Shown here piece after piece: positions 11,367-23,515 of a stretch of 64,000 bases of DNA. A program made the translations under genes and the position numbers. Within the stretch, counting starts at the first letter, position 1, and each line of letters starts with the position of its first letter. The DNA is from an uncultured virus (IMG/VR IMGVR_UViG_3300025066_000021). Lineage: Duplodnaviria > Heunggongvirae > Uroviricota > Caudoviricetes. The notes below the pieces were generated by a model, which ran no database searches, was not told the origin of the DNA, and was given only the letters and a program-made list of their open reading frames with translations. The stretch lies in the IMG/VR virus record IMGVR_UViG_3300025066_000021; one strand, written 5' to 3'.

Positions 11367-12212
11367 ATGCACGAACTAAATTCACCGAAATTTAAAGACT
11401 TAGTTAAGAGGGCCATAGCTTTGTGGGGTCAGAATAGCCAGTTTGATATGCTTCATGAGGAAATAGGGGAACTAATGACGGCTATCTCTCATTACAGGAG
11501 AAACCGAATTTCTAAGGGCCAAGTCCTTGAGGAAATTATGGGAGTGGAGCAGATGTTGTTTGCTATTGCTAATATATACGGATTTAACACCGAAAACATG
11601 GGAGCCCAGCGAAAAATCGAGTTAGCCAAATTCGAGAGGAATTTATTACTCGCTGAAGCCAAAGCACTAGCAAGCGAAAGACATGAGGGACAGACTTACC
11701 AGGACAAGCCCTATACATTCCATTTAAACAAAGTAGCCGAAGTAGTAAAGAGATTCGGATTTGACAATCCCGATTTGTATGTGTCTGCATGGCTTCACGA
11801 CATTATAGAAGACACTGATACTGAATTAGAAGAGATAACCGAGAAATTCGGAGCAAAAATATCCTCGATTGTATGGGCTGTGACTGATGAACCTGGAAAA
11901 AACAGAGCTACTAGAAAAGCCTTGACATACAAGAAAATTAAGTTTAACAGAGATTCTACAATCGTAAAACTAGCTGACCGAATTGCTAATGTAGAAGTTA
12001 GCCTTAGCGAACCTAAGTTTTTGGCTATGTATAAAAAGGAGCACCCCAAATTTAAAGAGGGCATACGTACAAATGACCCACTACTTGAGCCGATGTGGAA
12101 AGTCTTAGACGAATATCTAAAGGATGATTCTCATAAAGTTAAATCTTTTAAGTCACAATTAAAACACGGTAATTCACATAAACAACCTAAATACCCGCCG
12201 AAAGGGGACTGA
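11367..12212 (+). CDS. MazG-like NTP-pyrophosphatase fused to RelA/SpoT-type HD hydrolase (small alarmone hydrolase-like)
   Basis: N-terminal EEIGEL...EEI helical motif; C-terminal HxGQxY..PYxxH, AWLHDIIEDT, VKLADRIAN. Confidence 0.8.
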   Translation: MHELNSPKFKDLVKRAIALWGQNSQFDMLHEEIGELMTAISHYRRNRISKGQVLEEIMGVEQMLFAIANIYGFNTENMGAQRKIELAKFERNLLLAEAKALASERHEGQTYQDKPYTFHLNKVAEVVKRFGFDNPDLYVSAWLHDIIEDTDTELEEITEKFGAKISSIVWAVTDEPGKNRATRKALTYKKIKFNRDSTIVKLADRIANVEVSLSEPKFLAMYKKEHPKFKEGIRTNDPLLEPMWKVLDEYLKDDSHKVKSFKSQLKHGNSHKQPKYPPKGD

Positions 12213-12566
12213 TGGAAACTACATTTCATTTTACTAGACAACAAATTGATTTAATTTATGTTTGCACAGAACTCCAAAATCATTACTTAGCTGATGAGTC
12301 TGATAACTTAAATGCTTTCGCTTCACTAGGTTTACTCGCTTTCTCAGAAAAACTTAGTAGACCTAGTTCACACCACTTACCCGGAATTCCTAACCAAGAG
12401 TTGACTTGTAGCAAGGAAACACTTTTGGAAATACTAAGAGTTTCGTTGTGTGAGCGACAATGGTTACAAATGTATAATAATCAAATTCCTGTTCCCACAA
12501 AGTTTGAGACTGCCAAGGAATTAAGGAAATTGTATAAGTCACAACGCAGAATTTGTCAACGAAGCT

Positions 12567-12794
12567 GTGGAGAATGCTATTAGCATAACTCGAAATACTT
12601 TTATGAAAAGAGTAGGACGAGCCATGCTCCATGACTTCGAGGAAAATATGGGATACGAAAAAAGATCCGATAAAGGTTTAACAATGGCCGATGATTTTTG
12701 TGTTAGCTACGGAAGAGCTAGGGTTGACGGAAAGCTAATTTATTTTATTAGGCATTCCTGTATAGAATATTTTTACCGGGAGGTAGGATGCTAG
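12567..12794 (+). CDS. hypothetical protein, paralog of 28499..28792
   Basis: Shared ExxxGY...GxTMAxDxCVxY motif. Confidence 0.6.
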   Translation: MENAISITRNTFMKRVGRAMLHDFEENMGYEKRSDKGLTMADDFCVSYGRARVDGKLIYFIRHSCIEYFYREVGC

Positions 12795-13049
12795 AAATTC
12801 TGAGAGACAATATCGCAGAAATGTTAAATTGTAAGGCAAATGAGATCGAGGAATTTGTTAGAGTCAATTCTCATAATAGCCTAGTAGTTGAGATTGCTAT
12901 TGACAAAATTACGGTAGGTGCTCCTCATTTGTCGGGCCAGCCAAGCGATACTTACGTTATAGGTCAGGATGCTAATCCTGGGTTGTGGGTACGGGAAAAG
13001 TCAAAAGAGCTAGATCAATGGATTGCTGAAATGTTTGGAGAGACTATTT

Positions 13050-13595
13050 ATGGATTTAAGTACTGAGAATCCGATATTATTTCTGGATATCGACGGAGTC
13101 CTTAACAGGCTTTGCGGTCCACAGAGAACTAATAGTAAGGGGCCAATTGGACTGGAAAAAGACCTAGTGGATAACTTGGGTGTAATTATGGATAATATTC
13201 CTGATCTTCAGATAGTAATAAGCTCTACCTGGAGAATTTGCGATATGGCGAGACTTTATGCTGAGTTGAAGGACAAGGGTTTCAAGTATTCTGATCGAAT
13301 TGTGGCGACTACTCCGATAACACAAGAAAGAATCCGGGGATTTGAAGTTAAACAATTCCTGGAAGAGAATAGTATAATGCACGATAATTATGCTGTGGTT
13401 GACGATGAAGTCGTGGACATCGAAGGGCATATACCACTTAATAAGACTGTTCATGTAAGTAATGCGTCGGGATTAAAAGAGAATAGCTTGTTTCGAGTTC
13501 TCAGAATTTTAGGCATGGATGGTAGCGAAGCTTATTCTATAAGCTACGAAGAAAAAGAGGAAACCAACGAAAGAGATGTTTTGAAGTATCTATGA
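13050..13595 (+). CDS. HAD-superfamily phosphatase (Swiss-Army-knife RNA-repair type)
   Basis: FLDIDGVLN, IVISSTWR, RGxEV and YAVVDD motifs. Confidence 0.85.
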   Translation: MDLSTENPILFLDIDGVLNRLCGPQRTNSKGPIGLEKDLVDNLGVIMDNIPDLQIVISSTWRICDMARLYAELKDKGFKYSDRIVATTPITQERIRGFEVKQFLEENSIMHDNYAVVDDEVVDIEGHIPLNKTVHVSNASGLKENSLFRVLRILGMDGSEAYSISYEEKEETNERDVLKYL

Positions 13596-14458
13596 TCATG
13601 CCGGGATTAATTTCCCGGTATTTTTTTATTTTTATTTTTATTTTTTGAAAAAACAATCCTGGAGTTACCTTATTCTATGAAGAAAATTTAAGCTGTGATA
13701 CCAAGAGTTAAAAATAGTTTTTCACTTGATTATTCTCACTTGACCCGGTATCTAGGCTATTAAGTATGAGAGAACAATTAAACGAAAGGAAAATAATGAA
13801 TTGGACAACAAGTTTTAAAGTCGTATTGAACACATTTCTGGCTGGGATCAGTAATTTCATTGAGTTAGAGCCGAAGGCTAAAGCAATTGCAGTAGGGTGT
13901 ATTGCCCTTGAGTACGGCATAGCTTTGACAGTAGGATTTCTGTTAGGGAGGATTTAGAGATGGGCACTAATTATGTGCAACAACATACAAAGAGAGTCAA
14001 TTCTCTGCTAACAGAAATCAGGAAAACAGCAAGAGAGAACATTACGAGAAATTTTTTTTAGAGATAAAACAAAAGATCCTGATGGACTGAAAACTTTCAG
14101 CGATTTTTTGAGGGGGGTAACAAAGCCTGCTGGAGCTATTAACACGCCTAATATCATTGTAACCATTGTTACCGAGGAAGCAAAGGATTTGTTCGTAAGA
14201 TTCTCCGAGCAAAGATTAATCAGAGAAGTTCCCGAGTCATTTGAGTTTTTCGCTGAATTAGGAATGTATTTTGATGCAATTGAAAAGCATTTCTTTACAA
14301 GAGCGGATCTAGAGTCTGATACAGATCTTGGGAATCTTGGAATCTCTTTGGCTGACATGGTAGATTCTGATAGGGAAGTTCCTCTTTACATCACTAACAG
14401 GATAATTGAATTAACAAATGAGTGGAGTTTTGAGTAAACATAATTAACAGGAGGCGGA

Positions 14459-14809
14459 ATGCTAGCATTTATACTTTTTCATTCGCAGGATACCAGAGAA
14501 TCCCACTGGTTTAAGGACGAAGGAATTGACAAGCTCAAGTCTATTAAGTATGACTTAGTAGGGAGAATCGAAACTGATTCACTAGACAATGTCTATAGCC
14601 TCACTCAAAACTGGGATGGCTCCTGGACAAATAATCCAGAAGTTACTTATCTGGGAAGAAAGCCCGATCACCAAAGAAGTTCGGTGATAGGTGACCTAGT
14701 AGCAGAGGTTGAAGATGGGTTTCTTAGGGCTTTGTGGGTTATAAATTCTGTGGGATTTGTTCAAGTTAAAGATCCTAAATTCCGGGCTAAACTAGGATTG
14801 CAACCATGA
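14459..14809 (+). CDS. YodL-like domain phage protein
   Basis: LDxVYxLTQNxxxSW...RSSVIGD motif. Confidence 0.55.
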   Translation: MLAFILFHSQDTRESHWFKDEGIDKLKSIKYDLVGRIETDSLDNVYSLTQNWDGSWTNNPEVTYLGRKPDHQRSSVIGDLVAEVEDGFLRALWVINSVGFVQVKDPKFRAKLGLQP

Positions 14810-15542
14810 GTACAACAGGAGGTACTAAATGACACTCCAAGAATTAGCAGAAAAAATTTTAGAACTGCCGGAGGGAACATGAAAAACTTCGGCACTAATA
14901 AGTGATAGTCAAGGGGATTTCTGGAAAGCTGTTTTAGTAACAGAATCAGGACAGACCCCATTTTTGTATGCACGAATTAACGCAGAGGAAGAGGAATGAT
15001 GCAAGAGCATAAGATTTTTGTGGGAATCCATGTGTTTGAAGTGAAAGAAAAGTTTTACAGAGAGCAAATCGAATTTGATACTAATCTTTCTGATGAAGAG
15101 TTAGAGGAGCGTGTCAATACCGAGGATAAGTTGGATGCTGTGCTCGAAGAGTATTTTTGGGGATACCGGAGAAGGTGACGGGGATACTTTTAATATTGAA
15201 CCAGATTTTATTGAACTCTAAAATTAAACAGGGCCGGGATTAATTTCCCGGTCTTTTTTATTTTTCTAAAAAATCTTTTTTGGAGTTACCTTACTCTATG
15301 AACAAGAATTAAGACAGAGTTTAACTTAAAAATTAAATTTATTTCACTTAATTATTCCCCCTTGACCAGATATCTTGATTATTAAGTATGAAAGGGGGCG
15401 ACATGATACGCCTAGATTTAGTACGAAACAATTTGAAAATAGGATTACCTAGATTATCAGGGATTCAGGACGCTTTACAGGGTTTATATAAACCAGGAAT
15501 ACCAACTATTATATCCAAAATGGATTTACAGAAAGGAAACCA

Positions 15543-16616
15543 ATGAAACAAAATATTAAATTTTTCCATCATATCGAAGAATTCCAGGGGTTAAAAAAGG
15601 ATTTAAAAGCTCTTTCTAGTATGCTTCGGAATGTTGAAAGACTTAATTCGTTCAGAAGAGAATTACGGGGCATTAAGGATGTAGACGAGTCTTCAACTGT
15701 ATGTATGATGGTAGGATCTACTAGGTCTGTTAGAGATGAGCAAGGATGGCTTAAGAAATCTAATGATCTTTTTGACTTTGTCCGGGGCAAAAAGGTTACT
15801 CTAGAATTACTTCTTGAAGTGGCTCAAAAAGTCAAGGAAATTCAAGACGATCATATGCCCATTGAAGATAATAGACAAACTCAAGAGGAATATGACAAGA
15901 AAAATCTTGAAGCCCAAGAAACCAGGAAAGTTTTGGAAGCACGAGCTAAAGAAAAACTAGACAGGTTTCTGGCTGAGTTCGCTGATTCCTCGGAATTAAT
16001 CAGTATTCCAGAAGGCCAAAGGGCTGTTATACTTAAGGTGACTTACGATAACTCCGATGTAATGACTGATTATTTTGATAGTCATGCCAGCATTGGAGTA
16101 CCTTTGCTACTAGGGATTATTCCTAAAGGACGAGAAGACGAGTCTTCATTACGAAGAGTTCTTGAGAGATTTGAAGAACTAAAAAATATTGCTTTTTCTT
16201 GGCACACTCAGAAGTATTCAATGGGCCACGGTAATTTTTTAGATTCTGTTAAAACTCAGGGGACCATTACTGCAACTGTTTACAGAACAGGGGTGCAGGA
16301 AGTAGGGTTTTCCTTTGAAATTAGGCACGACTCTTACACCAAAGCGGTTAGACCGTTTCGAGGTTATCTAGAATCAGCTAAACAAACAGAACATGAGTCC
16401 ATTGGAAGTATCGAGCCAACTGGTATTCAGGTTACAAGGAATCCCGATAAAAACGGAATCGAAGTTAAGTTTCCGGGTAAACCAGAACTTCAAGTGCTCT
16501 CAGCATTGAAAGAGAATAGATTTCGATGGCATCGAGGAAAGAAAATCTGGTATGCTCGTGAAACTCCTGCGACCCTGGAGCTTATTAAGTCACTAGGAAT
16601 TGAGGCGAGCCAATGA
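15543..16616 (+). CDS. polyvalent-protein-associated-like protein
   Basis: DNSDVMTDYF motif (LPD29-like) and C-terminal NGIEVKFPGKP...LKxxxFRW...WYA domain seen in MGE early proteins. Confidence 0.45.
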   Translation: MKQNIKFFHHIEEFQGLKKDLKALSSMLRNVERLNSFRRELRGIKDVDESSTVCMMVGSTRSVRDEQGWLKKSNDLFDFVRGKKVTLELLLEVAQKVKEIQDDHMPIEDNRQTQEEYDKKNLEAQETRKVLEARAKEKLDRFLAEFADSSELISIPEGQRAVILKVTYDNSDVMTDYFDSHASIGVPLLLGIIPKGREDESSLRRVLERFEELKNIAFSWHTQKYSMGHGNFLDSVKTQGTITATVYRTGVQEVGFSFEIRHDSYTKAVRPFRGYLESAKQTEHESIGSIEPTGIQVTRNPDKNGIEVKFPGKPELQVLSALKENRFRWHRGKKIWYARETPATLELIKSLGIEASQ

Positions 16617-16960
16617 AAAACTTTTTCCCATGTTTTATATGATTGTGTCCACCACGATACAGACGAATTATATACAGACAAAGACTTTAACGGTTTTTGG
16701 TATAATGGGTCTAATAAGTTTCAAATTAGGTATGGATTTCTAGGGAGTATTCCCGGAAAGGAATACGCAAATTTTTCGGGTGCAAGAAAGGCTGCATTGA
16801 AGGAAGCTAAAACAGAGTTGATTTCTTTGTTCAATGAGTTTCTCGAAGAGCCTAGCAAATCTGATGCACTAAGGTTTTGTTTCTTGGCCTGGACTTACTT
16901 AAGAATTCACAAATCCTATATTGGAAGCGTGTCTGGATGGTTTGGAAAAGAATGAGGAAA

Positions 16961-17113
16961 GCCGGGATTAATTTTCCGGCTTTTTTTATTTCTCTAAAAA
17001 ATCTTTTTTGGAGTTACCTTATTCTATGAAACAAATTATAGAGCCCCGAATTTTACCTGCTTGAAAAATAAATTTATTTCACTTAATTATTCTCACTTGA
17101 CCTGTTATCTCGA
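16961..17113 (+). repeat. 153-bp terminator-box-promoter cassette, copy 1 (copy 2 at 20386-20538)
   Basis: Near-identical sequences; one difference seen by eye, in the terminator hairpin. Confidence 0.9.
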
Positions 17114-19036
17114 CTATTAAGTATGAGAGAACACTAACTAGAAAGGAATTCGGGATGAAGAAATTTGAAATAACTACAGATATAACAGCTCTGTTACCAG
17201 GACTGTTTATCACAGCATTTGAAGGCGGAATTAGTCATTGGTGTAAATCGGTTAGGATACTTCGCACAGAAGTTCATTCTTCCAGGAATCGTATCTGGTA
17301 TAACAATCTAAGATTTTGGAGCCAAGAGGATTTTGCGATTGAATTTTCAGACGCTGAATCTGATGATACCTGGATTTTTACCCAGGACAATTTCAAAAAC
17401 TTAGTGCATTTGAGCAAGGTTCCTAAACGTCATATTGATAGCATCATAGATGTTAGCTATGACTCTGAAGCTGCTGACGTGTTTGTACAAGTATTATTAT
17501 TTGGTGAAATAATTTTTGGATAGGGGGGGAATGATGGATTCTGTGTATATAGAAACCGCTGGAATTGTAGACCCGGAAACCGGGAAAGTCGTAAGACTGG
17601 AAATCAGGAAAGATGAAACCGGAAAACTTTTTGGAGTAGAGTCTTCTTGGTTGCACGATTCCAACGAAGTTTTCAATCCTTACACTAAAAAAGCTGTAGA
17701 GCTTGACCCTAGTATTATTGAAACAAAGTCTTTTAAGGCTCCTGTTATCTCGGTTATTGCTATGGAATGTTTTGATAGTACAGGAAACTCTAGTTTTTCA
17801 GCTAGGATAACTGTGGGCGGTATTTTGGTTGCATCTTTGCCGTATCAATACGGGTATGATTCCCATTATATCGAAGTAGCGAATAAGAAACTGATGGAAC
17901 TAGGAATTCTAGAAAAAAGTAAGAACCCTTTACATATTGGAGCCGAAAAAGCTGGCTTCGTTTTCAATAATGAGAAGCAATCTAATTGTTCCGCTAGTAC
18001 TGTGTTAGACTGGGGGTTAATATGAGTAAAACTTTTGAAGTCCTTGTTACAAGGACAGCATATCAAAAACTAACCTTAGCTATTCCAGCAGATAACGCAG
18101 AGGAAGCGTCTAGAAAAGCTCTGGATGTTTCGGGAGATGTAGAATTCCCTGCCGCTTTTGATGCTGACTACGAAGTAGAAGGCTGTATAGAAAGGAAACG
18201 AAATGAAGAATAAAACAATACCTGTTAAACCCGATAAATTTATGTTGATTATTACAGGGGGAGAAACCTCAGAAAAGATTCCCTATGATACCGAACAAGA
18301 AGCCTTAGACGCAATTGAAAGGATTAAAAATTTCTACTTGGAGAGAAGGGAGAGAATTACTAAAACATTCGAGATTGTCGAATTACTGCCTAAGAAGGTT
18401 TTCCGGCTTGCTTGTGCTTGGCAGATGTACGGAACCCTAGAAATAGAAGGCGATTCTTTGGAAGATGCAATCAAAAAAGCACATGGTTCTAACGTGGGGC
18501 TACCTCAAGGTGAGTACTTAGATGATTCTTTTGAAGTTGATCTAGATGCCTCAGAAGAAATCGGAGGTGAGTAGAATGGGATCTAAAGTTTTGAATATGG
18601 ATGAATTGGCCGAGATTGTTAAGAAATCGGTTGACTATATTGATGATGCAGATCAAATGAAAAGGTTTACTTATGGAATTGCGGAAGTGATTACTGAGCA
18701 TTTCGGGGGAAGGATTTACGTAGTTAGTAACGCCGAAGATCCTTTAGTTCATATCGAAGCCGATGAATGTATTCCTAAAGACGGAGGCATTTATAGGGAT
18801 TATGATAAAGATATTCCAGCAGAGGAATTCATGGAAGATACAGAGTAACAATGAAAGCCGGGGAAACCCGGTTTTTTTATTTCCCTAAAAAATCTTTTTT
18901 TGGAGTTACCTTATTCTATGATCAAAAGTTTAGCTAACTGATTTAAAAAATAAATTTATTTCACTTAATTATTCTAACTTGACCTGTTATTCCGAGTACT
19001 AGTTATAAGAACACTAACCAGAAAGGATTCGGAATA

Positions 19037-19708
19037 ATGTATTTACAAATTACTACGAAATGTAACATGACCTGCGAACATTGTTGTTTTGCCTGTGAAT
19101 CTAAAGGCGACATAATGACTCTCAAAACAGCGGAACGAGCATTGAAATTGTTTGCTAACTATGAATCTCGTTGTACTATTGGAGGCGGGGAGCCCACACT
19201 TCACCCCCAGTTTTTTGAACTCTTGGGATTAGCGTTAAGCTATAACGCCTATAATTTTGATGACGTGAAAGTTTTAGTGGTAACTAATGGTAAAGTTAAG
19301 GAAAGAGCTTTACGCCTAGGAAAAATGGGAAGGGCTGACATACTTCATGTTGAGTTATCACAAACAGATTTCCATGACCCTATTTCTGATGAAGTCCTAG
19401 ATTTTTATTCTAAGCGAATAGGATCTACAGGAATTCGACGTATTGAAGGTGACCGAGTTATAGCAACTGGACGTGCTAGCGATTGGGGACCCATAAAGGG
19501 CTGTGCCTGTAATACTCCCAGAGTTACACCTACAGGGAATATTCATTTTTGCGGTTGCTTAGAAGCTCCGGTATTAGGGAACATCAACGACAAAAACGCT
19601 GAGGATATCATATCAGATATCCTCAACAAATATATTGACTATGAAGCTGATTGCTTTAAAGATCTAGAAATTAATATGAACGATGAAACTTTTGATTTAG
19701 TCGCATAA
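19037..19708 (+). CDS. radical SAM protein
   Basis: CNMTCEHC (CxxxCxxC), GGGEPTLHP, VTNG, C-terminal Cys cluster. Confidence 0.9.
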   Translation: MYLQITTKCNMTCEHCCFACESKGDIMTLKTAERALKLFANYESRCTIGGGEPTLHPQFFELLGLALSYNAYNFDDVKVLVVTNGKVKERALRLGKMGRADILHVELSQTDFHDPISDEVLDFYSKRIGSTGIRRIEGDRVIATGRASDWGPIKGCACNTPRVTPTGNIHFCGCLEAPVLGNINDKNAEDIISDILNKYIDYEADCFKDLEINMNDETFDLVA

Positions 19709-20385
19709 AGGAGAATAGTATGAACATAATTTCTAAACAGATCAAAGACTGGAATACCAAGGAAAACGGGAATCCAGATATATACGATTTAAAAATAGAA
19801 CTTTTAGAGAGTTCGGTTTCAGTTATTACAAAGAACAAAGAAACCGGCTTATTCATGGAAGCCATTATTGAAATTCATAACGGTATTCCTGCGGTTCATG
19901 TCTACGGGCAAGAGGGTGGAGATCCCATTGTTCATGCTCACAGGAATACAGACGGATTAGTTATCAATCCTGAAAGATACTCTGAAATGCAAACAATCGT
20001 AGACCCAATTTATCCTGTGTCTACACCAGAACCTGCTTTGTTTTTTGGTGATCCTCATGTCTGCGAGTATTGCGGTCAAGATTGTTTTACCGGAGAAGGT
20101 TGCGACGAGCATTTAGCTGGAGGTTTTCAAAATGAGTCTTAAAGAATTGATTATAAACAGTATTCCGTATGAACTAGAATCTAAGGGTTATAAAAGGCGG
20201 TTAGCAAGACTAAAAGTGGAGTCTTTTAGTCAAGCCGAAGACCTTTTAACTTTTGCTACTGACCTTTTAGAAACATTCTACCAACAAATGGATGCTCAAG
20301 AATTTAAAGAAGTTTTAACAGGTGACCCAGATCTTATTCAACTTCTTATAGATTCCGAAATTCAAAAGGATTAGGAATAGATTGG

Positions 20386-20538
20386 GCCGGGATTAATTTC
20401 CCGGCTTTTTTTATTTCTCTAAAAAATCTTTTTTGGAGTTACCTTATTCTATGAAACAAATTATAGAGCCCCGAATTTTACCTGCTTGAAAAATAAATTT
20501 ATTTCACTTAATTATTCTCACTTGACCTGTTATCTCGA
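20386..20538 (+). repeat. 153-bp terminator-box-promoter cassette, copy 2
   Basis: Matches 16961-17113. Confidence 0.9.
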
Positions 20539-20671
20539 ATACTAGATACGAGATAACCTAGAAATAATTTTTACTTTAAAAATAAATTTATTTCACTCGA
20601 TTATTCTCACTTGACCGAGTATCTGTGCTACTATTAATGAAAGTAATAACTATTTCCTAGGAGGAAACGAA

Positions 20672-21769
20672 ATGACAGAGCCAAGACTAATCAACGCAAA
20701 ATCCAGTAATATCAGCCTGATTAAGCCAACTATTGACGAAGTCAGAAGCGTATTGCATGAAGAATTTAATAATGTGGCACTAGTAAATCCTGGGCTTGAT
20801 GGATTCATTAGTGATGAAGGACTGGTTAACGGTGAACTGAAATTTACCGAAAACGGTTTTGTGGCCTTTGCTACTTTTCTAGGATGGAACGCTAGAACCG
20901 TGCTAGATCAATACGATCATGATTCAGATCATATTACCGCACTACTTAATAATAAAATGCAAAAGGCTCTTGACGATGACAGGCTCCGATTTATTGCTCA
21001 GGGTGATAGAATTGAAGGCGTAGTCACAGATAGCTACGGTGAAATTCCTACTCCTGATGTTCTAGAGCATTATATATCTCAGAATACTGGAGCTTCGATT
21101 GAGTCGCTAGGTATTAAGGGATTAAATACCAGGATTATAGCCATGCCAGCTAATCCTGTAGTTATAAGTAATGAGGACAGACAAGTAGGGGATATCATGA
21201 AAGTCGGCCACGAAGTTTCTAATGGCATGGCGGGTAAAATGTCCTGTTCCTACAGTTTGATCCTGTTAAGGCTGATTTGTTTGAATGGTATGATTATTGC
21301 CGACAAGGGCATGACTCAACGAGTTAAGCACGTAGGCAGTCAAGCGTTAACAAGGGCTTTGAATTTGGTTCAAAACGCCGATCTTAATATTGATAAGATC
21401 TCGGGATTAATTCAATCCAGTCAAAACCAGGAACTTCAAGGCAGAAGACTAGAGTTTCTTAACACCAAGGTCCAAGCTAAGCTAGGCAAGAAAATCGCTG
21501 ATGCAGTAATCGAAGAGTACGATGTACCCCGGTGCAGATCTAGAAAAGGACAGCCCGGAAACACTCACTATGATTACTGGAACTCACTGACTTTCACAGC
21601 TAAAGATGAGGCTTTTGCTGATAAGCGCAGGGATACCGAGAAAGAGGCGTTCAAAGTCTTGACTCTGGCTCCTAAACTTCCCGTTGAAGATATGCCTAAC
21701 CGGGAAAGGGTCAAGCGGGAATTGCTCCCTAGTGATATAGCAGAAGCACAGTTTTTACGGCTTTACTAA
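20672..21769 (+). CDS. DUF932-like phage/plasmid protein
   Basis: G(V)VTDxY, SNxxxG, RLICLNGM, HVG and YDxxNxLT pattern. Confidence 0.65.
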   Translation: MTEPRLINAKSSNISLIKPTIDEVRSVLHEEFNNVALVNPGLDGFISDEGLVNGELKFTENGFVAFATFLGWNARTVLDQYDHDSDHITALLNNKMQKALDDDRLRFIAQGDRIEGVVTDSYGEIPTPDVLEHYISQNTGASIESLGIKGLNTRIIAMPANPVVISNEDRQVGDIMKVGHEVSNGMAGKMSCSYSLILLRLICLNGMIIADKGMTQRVKHVGSQALTRALNLVQNADLNIDKISGLIQSSQNQELQGRRLEFLNTKVQAKLGKKIADAVIEEYDVPRCRSRKGQPGNTHYDYWNSLTFTAKDEAFADKRRDTEKEAFKVLTLAPKLPVEDMPNRERVKRELLPSDIAEAQFLRLY

Positions 21770-21777
21770 GATAATTT

Positions 21778-21804
21778 AAGCAGGGGCTTCGGCCCCTGCT
21801 TTTT
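21778..21804 (+). terminator. intrinsic terminator
   Basis: AAGCAGGGGC-TTCG-GCCCCTGCTTTTT. Confidence 0.9.
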
Positions 21805-22999
21805 AAAAAAGGATAAAATGGACACACCAGGATTATATGAGGATGAAAATTTGGTAGTTTCTGGAAAAGCGGAGAGTGTGTTGTGATTGATCTTGAAAAT
21901 CAGGATCATACAGTAGCCTTGGTTCTTCCCTTCGACTCTACCCTAGACGAAGACACCGATCAAGCAGGGCTGGCAAATTTGTTCGCCAGTTCTCCTGATT
22001 ATCCGTCTTTTATTTCTCGAATAAAAGACGGAGTTATCACCCTTAAATCTGAGGGACTTATTGAGTATTCCTGGGAAAAACATTTGATGTAAACGGAAAT
22101 TGTTTGAGCCATAAGGATTCTTATGGGTTTTCACAGGAAAGTGTTTATAAATATTCTGATAAAAACCAGCTTTTAGAGATAATAGAAAATAACAAGGTTG
22201 TACTAAGTATCCCTGAATTTTGAAAAGATTATTCCGACTTGACCTAATATCTTGAATACTAACTATATAAAGGAGGCTGTAATGGCAAAACAAAAAACTG
22301 AGTTAAAAATAAAAAAGGTTTCCAAAGCAAGAAAGGAAGCTGAGGAAGGAATTGTAAAAGTTACCGAAGAAAATAAGCTCGAAGTCATCGAGGCTATTAT
22401 TTTGGTACTCCACCAAACCGCAAACGACGGGGTAAGAGAGAAGAGTCGAATTGCCCTCACAAACTCGGGCTTGAGATACATTCAAGCACGGGCTAACCAT
22501 TTCGGGATCAGCAGTACAAGCGTTAATCCGTAATGAAAAAGGTAATTCATTTAACAGACTTGCAAAAATTGCAGGCCCAAGACTCTTTTGCTGGCAGACC
22601 TAATGAGAAAGACGGAATAATTCTGTTTGAAGTTACCGGAAAATTTGAGAACGGTTTTGAAATGGATATTCAAATTCCTAATTGTAGGGACACCGAATCC
22701 AACGGTAATGAGAATTATTTCAACATAGTCTTGTTCAGTGAGCACGGCGAGGAGCTTGGGTGTGATGTCGGGGACATTGGAGAAATCGAAGGTGAATACA
22801 CAGTGTATGATGGAAACACCGATTACACTGTTGTGTTGGAATAGAAATTAGCCCGAAAGGGCTTTTTTCTTTTATATATTTGTTTTGGAGTAACCTTATT
22901 CTATGAATAAAGATTGTAGGTGAAAATTAGTTTTTGGCTCACTTAATTATTCCCACTTGACCTGATCTCTTGGATATTAACTATACAAAGGAGGTCGTA

Positions 23000-23515
23000 A
23001 TGACCAATTTAAATCAAAGATGCACCGAGGCATTTAATCAAGCCGTTGAAAAAGCGGAGAAACATTTCGGAAAGAAATTTCCTATGAGGCTAGTAATCAG
23101 GAGTTGTGGTTATACTCGGTTAGGAACTGCACAACCGATTTCACGAGTTGTTACCATAAATACTAGGGCGCTTCAAGCTGACCCTGTGTATGTATTAAGC
23201 AATACAGTACCCCATGAGGTTGCTCATATTGTGGACTACATGGTACACGGAAACTGTGGCCATAAGCGAACCTGGAAATCAATAATGGTAGCTGTGTTCG
23301 GATTAAAACCTGAAAGACTAGCTACAGGATTTGCTGGAATGGCTAAGCCTGAGTCTAAGCTTTCGAAAAATTTTATTTATAAGTGTGATTGTAGAGATCA
23401 TGTGCTCACAATAAGAAGGCACAACAAAGTGATCAAGAAAGGAGTGAACTACACTTGTAGAGAGTGTAAAGGAAGTCTTTTTTTCCATAGAACATGGAAT
23501 GGCAAACGAATTTAA
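23000..23515 (+). CDS. sprT: SprT-like zinc metalloprotease
   Basis: PHEVAH, GHxxxWK and YxCxC...CxxC ribbon; GGAGG RBS before ATG 23000. Confidence 0.85.
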   Translation: MTNLNQRCTEAFNQAVEKAEKHFGKKFPMRLVIRSCGYTRLGTAQPISRVVTINTRALQADPVYVLSNTVPHEVAHIVDYMVHGNCGHKRTWKSIMVAVFGLKPERLATGFAGMAKPESKLSKNFIYKCDCRDHVLTIRRHNKVIKKGVNYTCRECKGSLFFHRTWNGKRI

